A stretch of DNA of 64,000 bases from a virus, in the IMG/VR virus record IMGVR_UViG_3300000944_000005, positions 46,039 through 110,038 of that record; one strand, written 5' to 3'. The notes beneath the pieces were generated by a model, which did no database searches, had not been told where the DNA came from, and saw only the letters and a program-made list of their open reading frames with translations. Positions within the stretch are counted from its first letter, which is position 1. Every line of letters starts with the position of its first letter. Made by a program: the position numbers and the translations under genes. Below, piece by piece: positions 48,157 through 58,289 of the stretch.

Positions 48157-48611
48157 ACCATCCCTATCTCAGTTTTGAATTCGTCGGTGAAAGTACCATC
48201 GTCTTCGAATACGATAAGTTCACCGCCGTCAGATCCCGCACACACGATGTTGTAAGGGGATTGGCAGTTGAGCATTGAGTAGATACGCAATTCAGTGTCA
48301 CGATACATCTTTCTTTTGTAGTAGAAGAACAGATTCTCACATTCAAGCCCGCCGTCCTCTGGTCTTTGATCGATGATGAACCCAGCAAGACCTTCCCAGT
48401 TACCATATTCGATACGAGTTTCCCACGTTTGATCGAAAACGTACACCAACGGACAGTTTCCGTCTTCGATTAACATCGTAAGACGAGCTAATCCTTTGAG
48501 GAACTTGGCCTCGTTGAAAGCATCTCTTGGTAAGACACGTTTATACACCACCGTACCTTTCGTTAGCTGCTGTAACCACTGCAAGTAAATCATCATCACT
48601 GATGAGTACAT
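48153..48611 (-). CDS. hypothetical protein
   Basis: ORF; true start probably near 48550. Confidence 0.5.
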   Translation of the reverse strand: MYSSVMMIYLQWLQQLTKGTVVYKRVLPRDAFNEAKFLKGLARLTMLIEDGNCPLVYVFDQTWETRIEYGNWEGLAGFIIDQRPEDGGLECENLFFYYKRKMYRDTELRIYSMLNCQSPYNIVCAGSDGGELIVFEDDGTFTDEFKTEIGMV

Positions 48612-48738
48612 CGTCAGGTAGGATGTCTTCTAGTAACATCACCCAGGTAGGTCCCATCCCTACCTCAGGACTAACGTCGTCGTACTTTCTACGCCAGTAT
48701 AACGCGGTCACCCATGCGGTAATTTCTTCAGGTGACAT
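48541..48738 (-). CDS. hypothetical protein
   Basis: 65-aa ORF coupled to upstream gene. Confidence 0.5.
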   Translation of the reverse strand: MSPEEITAWVTALYWRRKYDDVSPEVGMGPTWVMLLEDILPDDVLISDDDLLAVVTAANERYGGV

Positions 48739-49088
48739 TATGGATTTAACTCCTGATTAAGATCATGGATATCTTGTATAGTAAAGTCCTTGTCTTTAAG
48801 GTCATCCTCGAAATCGAAATCTTCGATATTCGCTGAGAGGAAACTGACGGCTAACATGATAATTTGATCACGTTTTGTGGTTTTAGGTAATACTTCCGAG
48901 GGTGCTGGACAAAATTCAGATTTGTACCCAGCAGGTATGAATTCGCGATACTCTGCCAGGACATACCCGACAATTGTATCTACGGGATCTGTAATTCTGT
49001 AACGATCACAACCGTCAGTATTGCGGTTGCAGATACAGCACATGTGAAAATGTCCTGGTTGTTGCCACGTCCAAGTACGTTCAGTCAT
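48738..49088 (-). CDS. hypothetical protein
   Basis: 116-aa ORF. Confidence 0.55.
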   Translation of the reverse strand: MTERTWTWQQPGHFHMCCICNRNTDGCDRYRITDPVDTIVGYVLAEYREFIPAGYKSEFCPAPSEVLPKTTKRDQIIMLAVSFLSANIEDFDFEDDLKDKDFTIQDIHDLNQELNP

Positions 49089-49543
49089 TAGTCAAGCATA
49101 ATCCCTCGAAGCTCACGGCCGTTGAACTTCTCAACGTGCTTTTCAGCTTCACGAATGTTATTGATGGAGACCGTTTCGACCTTCTTGGCTTTACAGTTTT
49201 TGATCTCCATCATGTCTTTTGTATGTTTGCACTGGCGGGGTTTGCCTTTCTTTTTCATGGCCCACCCAGGGCAGTTGCAACTGCATCGCTTGTCTTTAGT
49301 GACAGGATGCTCCCACTTCACAGTGGTGTAGTTGGTGATTCCGTTAGACGACTCCCAATGGATAGCTTCCACAGGTACTTGTTGTGTCCCGTCGACGACC
49401 ATGTTACCGGCCGAGAATACAACACCATCAGTAGATTCTACGGATTTGTAATCAGCATGTACCTGATTAGCAGACATGACGTTTTCGTCCTGCTGCGCTG
49501 TTGTGCGTGATTGTGATTTAGCCATAACGTTTTTCATGTTCAA
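49088..49543 (-). CDS. SWIM-type zinc finger protein
   Basis: CSCNCPGW...CKH. Confidence 0.65.
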   Translation of the reverse strand: MNMKNVMAKSQSRTTAQQDENVMSANQVHADYKSVESTDGVVFSAGNMVVDGTQQVPVEAIHWESSNGITNYTTVKWEHPVTKDKRCSCNCPGWAMKKKGKPRQCKHTKDMMEIKNCKAKKVETVSINNIREAEKHVEKFNGRELRGIMLD

Positions 49544-49564
49544 ATGCTAAACAAAAATCCCATA

Positions 49565-49590
49565 CCCCGTAGGCTATTACACCTACGGGG
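49565..49590 (-). terminator. rho-independent terminator
   Basis: CCCCGTAGG-8 nt-CCTACGGGG followed by a T-rich tract on the minus strand. Confidence 0.65.
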
Positions 49591-49610
49591 CACAGGTCGA
49601 TGCTCAGAGG

Positions 49611-50813
49611 TCAGTCGAGATCGATGGAACGGAACTCTCGCCCAAACCGGCGTGAGTCTGTTGCCGCGCGATCCTCGTCCTGTACCTCGTTCATAAATGC
49701 CGTAATTGCTTCGCTGAAACCGTTGTTCGCCGCCGTGACACTATCAAGTGCCGTTGGCGTTGTTTTATTCAAACGGGTTTCCATGTCCTTGATTTGTTCG
49801 AGTAGTTCATCACTTGCGACGAAATCGAACATACGGACTTTAGCGATTGCATTACGTACGGGGTTAAACGACCGTTGAGTCAGTCGACCATCCCGTTGGA
49901 TCAATTCATGTAACGTGGCCAAGGCTTCAGCAAGTTGCTGACGAGGACCTGAAATCATTTCATCAATAGCTTCCTCAACGCGGCGTTGGCAAGCTTCTTG
50001 TACGATCACCGAGTGTTCATCGAGATCGTCTTGTGTCAACTCTGCTGCGTGTTGACTGGCTAGTTCAACTGGTACAACGTCCAGGTGGAACTTGGATCGC
50101 ATATCAGCGTTTGGTCCCGGAACCTTATGCTCAACTTTGTTGAACATCGTGTTACGGAATTTAATCTGTTTCCGGATACTGACCCAGTTATCGCAAAACT
50201 CACTCGCTGCGTTATGCAGCTGGTAAGCGACCGATTGGTCTTTAATTTTAGTACCCTTCGCGTAGTCGAACACTGGTATGCGATCGGACACAGGAATGGG
50301 TTCACCGTTCTTTCTGTATTTCTGTTCACGGTGAACGATGTCATTGATACGCGTTTGGAGCGTAGCGGCAACTTCAACTTGACCGTCGTCTACAGCACGT
50401 TGATGTTGTCCGCGTAATCGACCTAATGTCAATCCGTACAGTTCGGACATGAACTCTCGCCCACGGGACTTAGGGATGATGCGTACACCCTTGATCGGGA
50501 ACGGTACGGAGAACTTCTCTTTGATCGTAGACAACTTTGAGTTGATTTTTGTGAATCGTTTCTTCCAGGATTTACCTTCAGAATCGACAGGGTAACTGTC
50601 AGTCATCAGTACGGCACACGGTGTTGTGATATCCGTTTTACGCGCGGTCTGTCCGCCTGTAGTGACTTCGGTGTTTTTTCGCGGTAGTTGATACCGTCCA
50701 ACCCACCAACCCAGTGTGGGACTGATGAGGAGTACGCGTTGCTCTAACGCTTCCTGGCGAGTTACCAGTTCTTGTTCTTCTTGCCGTTCTTCTGTCATTT
50801 CTGCAATGGCCAT
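49611..50813 (-). CDS. DUF3150-like helical protein
   Basis: About 400 aa; start adjusted to MAIAEM, downstream of a terminator. Family call from recalled motif layout only. Confidence 0.55.
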   Translation of the reverse strand: MAIAEMTEERQEEQELVTRQEALEQRVLLISPTLGWWVGRYQLPRKNTEVTTGGQTARKTDITTPCAVLMTDSYPVDSEGKSWKKRFTKINSKLSTIKEKFSVPFPIKGVRIIPKSRGREFMSELYGLTLGRLRGQHQRAVDDGQVEVAATLQTRINDIVHREQKYRKNGEPIPVSDRIPVFDYAKGTKIKDQSVAYQLHNAASEFCDNWVSIRKQIKFRNTMFNKVEHKVPGPNADMRSKFHLDVVPVELASQHAAELTQDDLDEHSVIVQEACQRRVEEAIDEMISGPRQQLAEALATLHELIQRDGRLTQRSFNPVRNAIAKVRMFDFVASDELLEQIKDMETRLNKTTPTALDSVTAANNGFSEAITAFMNEVQDEDRAATDSRRFGREFRSIDLD

Positions 50814-50851
50814 ACGGGTCCTTGTAGCAGTTTCATTATAGGTAAAAAGAA

Positions 50852-50879
50852 AACCCGGTGGAATTGCTCCCACCGGGTT
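50852..50879 (-). terminator. rho-independent terminator
   Basis: AACCCGGTGG-8 nt-CCACCGGGTT followed by TTCTTTTT on the minus strand. Confidence 0.8.
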
Positions 50880-50924
50880 ATTGTCTTTTAGCGTTGTGAC
50901 ACGTTAGGTCACTAGGTCACAAAG

Positions 50925-51737
50925 TTACTTCGTCCCACGGATTGGTGCCGTTGCCGGGATTTCGTCGGAACCAGTTGCGACCGTATTAAATGCTTCGGTT
51001 TCTGATTCAGTTACCAAAGGTTGCGGATCCGGTACAGGCACGGGTACAGGTACTGGTGTATCCACCGCGGCCGTATCACTGTCGATTGGTAATTGAAATA
51101 CTTCAGAGGTATCGGAGCTGAGTACATCGGAGCTGAGTACATCGGAGCTGAGTACATCGGAGACGACGGAGACATCATCCCCATATCTGTACACGGCATC
51201 TGCCGAGAAGTAATCCGCCGTATAATCGGTTGAAATTGTAGTCGCGCTGAAGCAACATGGGTCGCTTGTTTGGATCACCGGTGCTGGTGGGTCGACGTAT
51301 TCAATGATGGGTGTACTGTATTCGATCGGTGTTGTAATGCACTGAACCGCTGGCGTACTAAACTGGATAGTCGGCACCTCCGAGACCGATACGTACGAAA
51401 ACGTCTTTGTGGGGCATGCATTAAAGTAGGAAGCTTGTGATTGAATCGCTGACTGTCTTACGACGGTACGTTGATTCGCTCGACACTGTGCGTTTTGCAC
51501 AGCTTGGTTTCTTCGCGTACAATTATTGGTGCGTACTTGTTGAGTAACACTTCTAAAGCGTGCTGCGAGTCGCTGGGTGCCGGCAGTTGCTCTCTGTAGG
51601 CCAGTGATAACTGGTCGGGTCAGTTGGTTACAACAATTGTTGTTTTGCGCATCACACGCGACGGTGGTGAGTGTTGTCAACACGACAAAAATCATGGTAG
51701 TCAAGGACAGCCGAAGGGTACCTGCAAGGGTCTTCAT
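50925..51737 (-). CDS. putative secreted/lipoprotein-like low-complexity protein
   Basis: Hydrophobic N-terminus ending VACD; Ser/Thr/Pro-rich tail. Confidence 0.55.
   Translation of the reverse strand: MKTLAGTLRLSLTTMIFVVLTTLTTVACDAQNNNCCNQLTRPVITGLQRATAGTQRLAARFRSVTQQVRTNNCTRRNQAVQNAQCRANQRTVVRQSAIQSQASYFNACPTKTFSYVSVSEVPTIQFSTPAVQCITTPIEYSTPIIEYVDPPAPVIQTSDPCCFSATTISTDYTADYFSADAVYRYGDDVSVVSDVLSSDVLSSDVLSSDTSEVFQLPIDSDTAAVDTPVPVPVPVPDPQPLVTESETEAFNTVATGSDEIPATAPIRGTK
51111..51162. repeat. 15-nt tandem repeat x3.5 (SDVLS coding)
   Basis: ATCGGAGCTGAGTAC x3 plus ATCGGAG. Confidence 0.9.
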
Positions 51738-51828
51738 AGAGTTTCTCCAAAGTTCTTCAGAAATCGAAATCGAAAATTTGTTTGGGGTTTTAACCCCAGA
51801 TCAAAGAATTACCGTAAGCGATTAATGT

Positions 51829-52284
51829 TTACGAATCAACCACAGTATCTTCTTTTTTCTCGGTACAAGTACCGCATGTTGGAATGTTGTGCTCGTGAAG
51901 CCACTTGACTTCATCAGCTAGGGCCTGATCGCGTTGATCAGGTGGGTATGGTCCTAGTACCACGTCGTGACCTGTTGGAGTCATGTCTGCGAACCAGTGT
52001 GAACTAAATTCAGATTTAATTGAATGTTTTTTACTAGTACTGGTAGCTAGGTTTATCACATCCACTCTTGTTGTCGATAACGCGCGAAACGCTTCTTGAC
52101 TCAACCCGGAGCCTGGTTCAACGTGAGAGGCTCGTTGAGTCTCAGTGGTACCTAGCGCGCCGATGACAGCACTAGTAACAGGGTCGTAGACTGCTCGTGG
52201 GTTATTACTCCCGGTCGCAATCCCCTTCTTTGGAATGATGATCTTGTGCTTCTTTTCGGTCGTCATGTGTCCAAATCTTTCCAC
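51829..52284 (-). CDS. hypothetical protein
   Basis: 151-aa ORF; likely start MTTEKK. Confidence 0.55.
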   Translation of the reverse strand: MERFGHMTTEKKHKIIIPKKGIATGSNNPRAVYDPVTSAVIGALGTTETQRASHVEPGSGLSQEAFRALSTTRVDVINLATSTSKKHSIKSEFSSHWFADMTPTGHDVVLGPYPPDQRDQALADEVKWLHEHNIPTCGTCTEKKEDTVVDS

Positions 52285-52412
52285 AGGTACAAGCTACAAG
52301 GATAGTACGAAACGGACTCCCCAGCGTCCATGTCTCAGCACAGTGCGCTGGGGTATCCAATCGTAACAAGTGCCACATCAAGTGACACCAACGCAAGAAG
52401 CGGGATTTGACT

Positions 52413-52655
52413 TTAATAGCCACCGCCACCGTCGCCGTCACCTTCCCCGCCTTCGCGAAGGAATTCTTGCCGTTCTTCGGTGTCGTAGTATTCGGACTTG
52501 AGTTCTTCTGACTCAACTCCGCCTAATGCGTTTTGGAACGCTTCAGTTGCTGCTTTACAACCGGTACCAGTGAAGCCGTCAGCCTCAAACTTGGTATGTC
52601 GTTTTCCAGTGGAGATCCCATCAAGTGGGACGATCGCGGTAACAGTTTTTGCCAC
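52413..52655 (-). CDS. DUF2997-family protein
   Basis: FEADGFTGTGCKAATEAFQNALG...KSEYY. Confidence 0.75.
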   Translation of the reverse strand: MAKTVTAIVPLDGISTGKRHTKFEADGFTGTGCKAATEAFQNALGGVESEELKSEYYDTEERQEFLREGGEGDGDGGGGY

Positions 52656-52701
52656 GTTAGTTCCTCGTTTGTGTTTGTCGTTAAAATATCATTGTAAATA
52701 A

Positions 52702-52731
52702 AAACGGGCGTAAGTTTAACTACGCCCGTTT
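52702..52731 (-). terminator. rho-independent terminator
   Basis: AAACGGGCGTA-8 nt-TACGCCCGTTT. Confidence 0.75.
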
Positions 52732-52757
52732 AAAGATTTTCAGTTACCAGTCAGGGA

Positions 52758-53135
52758 CTAGTACTGCAGAGAAGTCATCGTCAGTTCGACGTCACCGTTC
52801 TCTTGAACTTCTTCGACAACCGTGTAACCTTGGGCTTCCGCTTCTTTCTGCGTACGGCAGATTGAATACCGCTGGACCAACTTGTCCAACTCAGTCTGCT
52901 TACCCCAAGACCCGTTGTAGTTGTCGTACTTTGCTTCACCTGACTCAGGATTCACGACGACAGGGTAACTCCAACCAGGAAGCTTGAAACCAATACCTTG
53001 TGCTTCCTGACGGTTGTACAAGATGTGTTTCTTGTTCACGCCACCGTCGACCAATTCGAGGCCCAGGTGTTCGATTGCAGCTCGCAATGACTCTTCATCT
53101 TTCATCTCAACTTTGCACTTAACGATGTGCGACAT
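52758..53135 (-). CDS. DUF1257 (Ycf35-like) protein
   Basis: MSHIVKCKVEMKDEESLRAAIEHLG...LVQRY...AEAQGYTVVEE..ENGDVELT. Confidence 0.8.
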   Translation of the reverse strand: MSHIVKCKVEMKDEESLRAAIEHLGLELVDGGVNKKHILYNRQEAQGIGFKLPGWSYPVVVNPESGEAKYDNYNGSWGKQTELDKLVQRYSICRTQKEAEAQGYTVVEEVQENGDVELTMTSLQY

Positions 53136-53227
53136 ACTTCTTCTCCAAAAAGGAATCAATTGATTAATGCCCTCCGTCGAGGGCGACACGCGTCAACTCA
53201 AATTGTAATGGTTCAGGTCAACAAAAG

Positions 53228-54786
53228 CTAGGTTTGGTCAACTTGCACCGAACGTGTACGGTCACGGCTCTTCTTAGATGGTGTGGTCACCGGCTGAGCT
53301 TTACCTTTACAGTACTCGCGAATTTTGTTCATACCTTCCGGATCCCGCCGGGTCATCGGTACAGTACCACCGATTGCCTCACTTAAATGGTCAAACGTCG
53401 GATTACCGTGGATACTGGTACCGGCGTTAACCGATTCTTCCAGAGCCAGGTAACGAGCACTTTTGATGACTTCTTCAAGTTCCGAACCAACGAAACCTTC
53501 AGATTGTTTCACGATCTCTTTCCAGTCACTGGCGTCGAGGTCAAGTGTCGCGGGATCCACACCACGCTTACGCAGGTGGATCTCCATGATTAACTTACGC
53601 TCCACTTCGTTCGGAAGGTCAGTGTAGAACATGGCGTCGAAACGTCCAGCTCGTGTCAGTTCCGGGGGTAGCCCCTCGGTACGGTTCAGTGTCATGATGC
53701 AGAACGTCTTGGACTGGTTCTCAGCCAACCAAGTCAGGATCGTACCAAAGACACGTCGTGTGACCCCGCTGTCACCTTGGGAACTGTGAGCGTTACCTAG
53801 AGCCTTGTCAGCCTCATCGATCACCAGAACACATCCACGCTGGGCGTCGATCTGTTTGAGGACATCACGGGTACGCTGCTCGGACTCACCAACCAGGGAA
53901 CCGAACAATGATCCGATATCCAAGATGTAGGCCGGAAGATTTAGAATTTGGGAAGTTGCCTTAGCGACAACAGATTTACCCGTACCCGGTAGCCCGATGA
54001 TGGTACAACCTTTCGGGTAATCGATGTTGTGCTCACGTGCTTCCGGCATGTACGCCAACTTACGACGGTTAAGCCAGTTACGGTACTGATCCCAACCACC
54101 GATGTCGTCGAGTGACTGCACCGAGTCTTCTGGGATGTAGGTGAGTACCTCTCCCTTCTTCACGATCGCTGCCTTCTCTTCTTTCACTGTGCGTAACATG
54201 TCAGGGTTGAACCCACCATGTCGTACGAGACAACGCGAGAGACAGTTGTCAGCTTCAGTAGCCGTCAACCCGAGAAGGTTAGCAGCTAGGTCTAACCGCA
54301 ACCCATCGTCAAGATTGGTACGGTTCGAATCCTTACTCTTAACTGACGAGCGGATGAAGTCGATCTGCTTGAGCATGTCGTCTTCATCCGGCAAATTGAA
54401 GTCCAGTACGGTGACTGATGATCGTAACTTTGGGTGAATATCCAAAGTCGGCGACAAGATGATTACCGGTCGCGTGTGTCGTTTGTTAACAAGGCGGTTA
54501 CCTTCAGCCAACGAACGGATACGGCGGCGGACCATCGGGTCTTTAGTAAAGTCATCCAGGTCGCGGAACACGAACACGAAATCCTTCTTGTTGAACGCAT
54601 CGTTCACGCGTCAAAGATGTCCCAAGTAATCACACCCATTTTGAGCTTCTTAGCTACAGCGTCAATAGATGCCTCAACGCGGCTTTCTTCGGAAGTCGGG
54701 ATGTACAGGATCTGATATCCTGCTCGTAAGTGCTCGTCAAACGAGTCTTCAAAGGTGGGTTTTGTTACAGTTGTGGCGTTACTCAT
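53228..54786 (-). CDS. Ycf46-like AAA+ ATPase, split into 54604..54786 and 53228..54607
   Basis: N-terminal LRAGYQILYIPTSEESRV...WD fragment in one frame; GLPGTGKS, IDEADK, TLNR and RAGRFD in a second frame; GTGA overlap at the junction. Confidence 0.8.
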
Positions 54787-54799
54787 TCAGTCTTACCTT

Positions 54800-55525
54800 C
54801 TAAATCAGAGAGTCGTTTTTTGATTGACCTAAGGATTGAATCATTTGATTCACAACTCCTTTGGTCTGTCCAATTCGCAGAGGTAGAGCCTCCAGTTGAT
54901 CACCCAGTCGCTGTATATGCGTGCGTATTGCGTTATTGATATCTTCCGTTTTGGAAGCTTCAAAATCGTGCATCGCGTTATACATGATGGGGTCATCGGA
55001 GAACTCGCCAATCGCTTGGCTATTGTCTGTATCCCTGACTGCAATTCTGAGTACGTCAGGAGGATTGATAATCCCCTCGTCGTCCAGAACTTTCCCGATG
55101 TAAGCGACGATCTCTTCTGCAAAGGGTTCGTCGTCGTCATCATCAGGAGGGTTGAGCATTAAGCTTTCAGTAATACCCCACGCACACTCAACAGCGTCCG
55201 CAGGATCGAATGAGCGAGGATCGTACGTGTCTCCGCTCAATATGTTGCAGTAGTTCACAAAGTCCGGTAACGATTTATAAAAATCATCGGACAGTAAAAG
55301 ATTGATACCAGTCATAAGCCGATCAAGATTAGCTCGGGGCATCGTTACATTGAAGTCTTCTTCCAACTCCATCTGTATTGTTTCAGGTGACCATTGGAAA
55401 CCCTCAGTACCGTAAGTCTCGACGAATATCGTGATTAGGACTGTGGTGTAGGTTCCACTACCGGTCAGGGCTTCTGCGAGATTGTTCATCCTTGATTCTC
55501 CTACACATAAGCTTGTTACGCTCAC
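54800..55525 (-). CDS. hypothetical acidic protein
   Basis: ORF; likely start MNNLAE. Confidence 0.65.
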   Translation of the reverse strand: MSVTSLCVGESRMNNLAEALTGSGTYTTVLITIFVETYGTEGFQWSPETIQMELEEDFNVTMPRANLDRLMTGINLLLSDDFYKSLPDFVNYCNILSGDTYDPRSFDPADAVECAWGITESLMLNPPDDDDDEPFAEEIVAYIGKVLDDEGIINPPDVLRIAVRDTDNSQAIGEFSDDPIMYNAMHDFEASKTEDINNAIRTHIQRLGDQLEALPLRIGQTKGVVNQMIQSLGQSKNDSLI

Positions 55526-55809
55526 GAAGTACAGTCAGGTCGTAACCTAATTACCAACATCGGTTGTGCTTTAGACGATACCATCTTATCAAGTGCATCA
55601 CTGAGTTCCTCGAACAGGAGCGATTTCTGCTCAGGGTCGAGGAACTTCAGTTTGTCAATCAACAGGAAAATCCAGAACTGCCAACATACGAGACTGCTTA
55701 ATTCTTCAGTACTCGTTGGTTGTTTGCTGAATCCAATCTGCCTAAAACATGCACGTAACTGTAACGGCGTCAGGCCGGTATTTCGCGTCAAGACGTCGAC
55801 AGTAAACAA
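55522..55809 (-). CDS. hypothetical protein
   Basis: 95-aa ORF. Confidence 0.5.
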   Translation of the reverse strand: MFTVDVLTRNTGLTPLQLRACFRQIGFSKQPTSTEELSSLVCWQFWIFLLIDKLKFLDPEQKSLLFEELSDALDKMVSSKAQPMLVIRLRPDCTS

Positions 55810-56079
55810 TTACAGACCCCCAGTGATCTTGTAATCACAGCGATAGGCTTTAACTGTACCTTGCCCTAAGACCAACGCGTCACTGGTCTCACCGTTCTCA
55901 TCGACAGGGTAAGATGATTCCTGACCACCGACACCAGCACGGGAAATTCCGTTAGCTTGTGCTTCATTGATAGCCAATTGTTTTGCGGCCGCAGACATTA
56001 CTTCTTCTTGCGTGTCAGCCTCGACAGTGACGATACCACCACGATCGTTCAACTCTTTATTTACTACGCGAACTGCCAT
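55810..56079 (-). CDS. hypothetical protein
   Basis: 89-aa ORF with AGGAG SD. Confidence 0.65.
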   Translation of the reverse strand: MAVRVVNKELNDRGGIVTVEADTQEEVMSAAAKQLAINEAQANGISRAGVGGQESSYPVDENGETSDALVLGQGTVKAYRCDYKITGGL

Positions 56080-56103
56080 TTCTGTGTGAACTCCTGAGAG
56101 ATG

Positions 56104-56583
56104 TTAAGAATAACGAATGTAACTTTCGTGCTTTATGATACCTCTAGCAGCGTCCTTAATCAATGGAAGCGGTAAACCCGTTGTTTGATACAGTAGTTTG
56201 CGATTGTTTTCCCAAGTAACCTGGAATTGTATTGATATTATCTTACTCAAATCAGCCTTGGTAAAATCAATAATCAATTCCGTTTTACTGACAATGGGTA
56301 TTGCAGGACCAGGTGGTAGTGGTGGTGGTACCTCAACTGGAATGATAAGATTTTCGAAAAGTTTTGTCGTAATTGGGTGTTGTCGGGTAAAGACCCTTAC
56401 TTTGGACCTCCAAGCAAAGCGTAACTCCCTGACGTCGATATCACAGTTACGAAATCTGGTAGCACGATTGTAATTACTTAACAGGTAATTCATCATACCT
56501 ATATCTGCGTGTATGAGCGCCCCAATATCTCCACCGCTTGGTGGTTGTACACTCTCATTACGTGTACGCGTTAACCAATACAT
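56104..56583 (-). CDS. hypothetical protein
   Basis: 159-aa ORF. Confidence 0.55.
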   Translation of the reverse strand: MYWLTRTRNESVQPPSGGDIGALIHADIGMMNYLLSNYNRATRFRNCDIDVRELRFAWRSKVRVFTRQHPITTKLFENLIIPVEVPPPLPPGPAIPIVSKTELIIDFTKADLSKIISIQFQVTWENNRKLLYQTTGLPLPLIKDAARGIIKHESYIRYS

Positions 56584-56971
56584 ACTGATAGCTAAACAAA
56601 AATGTAGGTAAAAGAGAAATTTAAAGCTTTTTGCGATCCAATATTAGCCATGAAAACGATACTCACAAGTTTGTTTTTCGGAAGTAACGCATTCATGACC
56701 AACATTGGATCACTAAAGCGACGATCACTATTGAGGGATAGTGAACGAACCGTCAGAATTTAGACGGATAGACGACGTGGGTCTCGCGACAACTTCACCG
56801 TTAATGACGGCAAGTGTGTACGAGGGGGTTTGCACAACAGGTGCGACTTTAACTGTATCCGCTTTTCGCGGATTAATAGTTGTTGAATTCATTTCTGACC
56901 TCTGATTTTAAATTTATTCTGTTGAAACTGGTCGCGACGTACGACCTATACGGTTTCAGTGACGTTGTTTT

Positions 56972-57676
56972 TCAACTACCAGGCACTAACGCAGGTTTCT
57001 GTTGTTCAGATTCGTGCGATACTTCGTCGTCAGACAGTATTTGTTGGTCTGACGGGGTAACTGAAAACGTCGGTGAGAGATTCGATGGATCGACAGTCTC
57101 GTCGTGTCCAGTAAATTCGACACTCTCTGGGTTTACATACGGATCTTGCTGATCTTGCTGATCTTGCGGCGACGCAGTGACAGAATCACTTTCGTATTGC
57201 GCAGCCTCGTCTAGTAACATGGCAGTGTGCGACACGATATCGCTCACTTTTAAGTCACCAAGGTGTGGATTTGCACCACGCAGTTCAATCGGTAGACCAT
57301 TAGCGAGTTGTGTTAGCTCATGGAGCGTAACATTATCTAGGTCGATGTACCGTCCTTTTGCTTTAGTTACGAACTGATCAACTAATTCGTAAATTTGGCA
57401 AGAAAGCTGCTGTAATAATTCCGGATTTTTCGACGGTAAACTGAATCCTCCGACTTCGACTGTCACAAATTTGTAACTGTCTCGACGTACATAAGTAGCT
57501 TCCGGAAAACCGATACCACAACTATACCCAGGCTCGGTAACCTTGAGTAATCGCACGCTCCATTTAAAGAAATTAGCTGCATGGGCGAACCCTACAGCTA
57601 CAAACGCAAGTACGATCGCCAACGGGATGACGAACCATTTGTAAGCAGTGCTAATTACCTGTTTGATCGTGTGCAT
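56972..57676 (-). CDS. membrane-anchored hypothetical protein
   Basis: N-terminal TM helix, acidic tail; AGGAG SD. Confidence 0.6.
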   Translation of the reverse strand: MHTIKQVISTAYKWFVIPLAIVLAFVAVGFAHAANFFKWSVRLLKVTEPGYSCGIGFPEATYVRRDSYKFVTVEVGGFSLPSKNPELLQQLSCQIYELVDQFVTKAKGRYIDLDNVTLHELTQLANGLPIELRGANPHLGDLKVSDIVSHTAMLLDEAAQYESDSVTASPQDQQDQQDPYVNPESVEFTGHDETVDPSNLSPTFSVTPSDQQILSDDEVSHESEQQKPALVPGS

Positions 57677-57748
57677 GAGTAACTCCTCTCAGTTAAAAAG
57701 ATGACAACCACGCGACAGAATTACGTATCCTGATAGGTATACGCGTAG

Positions 57749-57763
57749 CTCATTATATATGCC
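57749..57763 (-). promoter_or_regulatory. putative promoter motif GGCATATATAATGAG
   Basis: 14/15 identical to 58290-58304; contains TATAAT; lies upstream of a minus-strand gene. Confidence 0.5.
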
Positions 57764-57800
57764 CCCTTTTTCTCTTTGATTTAGGTACCTTGCGTACGAC

Positions 57801-58229
57801 TTACAGGAGTTGATTCGTTGGCCAATCGTCCGCGATCGGTGGTACGACCGGTGGCGTCTCAAGTTTGACGGAGAGTATAACCTCATCACCAGATCGGTGG
57901 GCTGAGAGTAATTTCAATTGACTTTCCAACCTAAGTGAGTACGCAGTGAAACTGGCCTGTACAAGTTGATTTAACAACTGTTCAATCTCTCTCTCAGCCC
58001 GCCCCGCATGGTCGTTGTTACCCAGTTCATTAAACCAACTGGGTACGTTGAAACTTGCAGTCTCCGGATCCCAAACAACTATTTGCCCAGTACCATCAGG
58101 TTCGACTATGGCAAACTTGTTAGTGTTCACCTGCTCAAAGCGACGTGTCAAATCAGAAAGGCACCAGGACACAAGGAACGCAATCGCAAAGGCGTCAGGG
58201 ATATCGGTGCGTAGTTTGGTGTTAACCAT
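57801..58229 (-). CDS. hypothetical protein
   Basis: 142-aa ORF with GGAG SD. Confidence 0.6.
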   Translation of the reverse strand: MVNTKLRTDIPDAFAIAFLVSWCLSDLTRRFEQVNTNKFAIVEPDGTGQIVVWDPETASFNVPSWFNELGNNDHAGRAEREIEQLLNQLVQASFTAYSLRLESQLKLLSAHRSGDEVILSVKLETPPVVPPIADDWPTNQLL

Positions 58230-58289
58230 TTTAAAAACTCCATTTTAAATTACGACAATTGGTAAAGAGTAAACGATAGTTAAATCGTT

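Noticed and set aside
51111-51162. 15-nt repeat as a second CRISPR or DGR element
   Set aside because: Head-to-tail units with no spacers, in frame within a low-complexity protein; no reverse transcriptase in the window.
34025-51311. 11-nt spacer matches at 34025-34035, 41572-41582 and 51301-51311
   Set aside because: Several 11-mers are expected by chance with about 30 spacers against 128 kb of both strands.
55460-55560. Possible frameshift/deletion near the end of ORF 55522..55809 (alternative frame GYDLTVLRERNKLM...)
   Set aside because: Rests only on a vague recollection of homologues; cannot be supported without an alignment.
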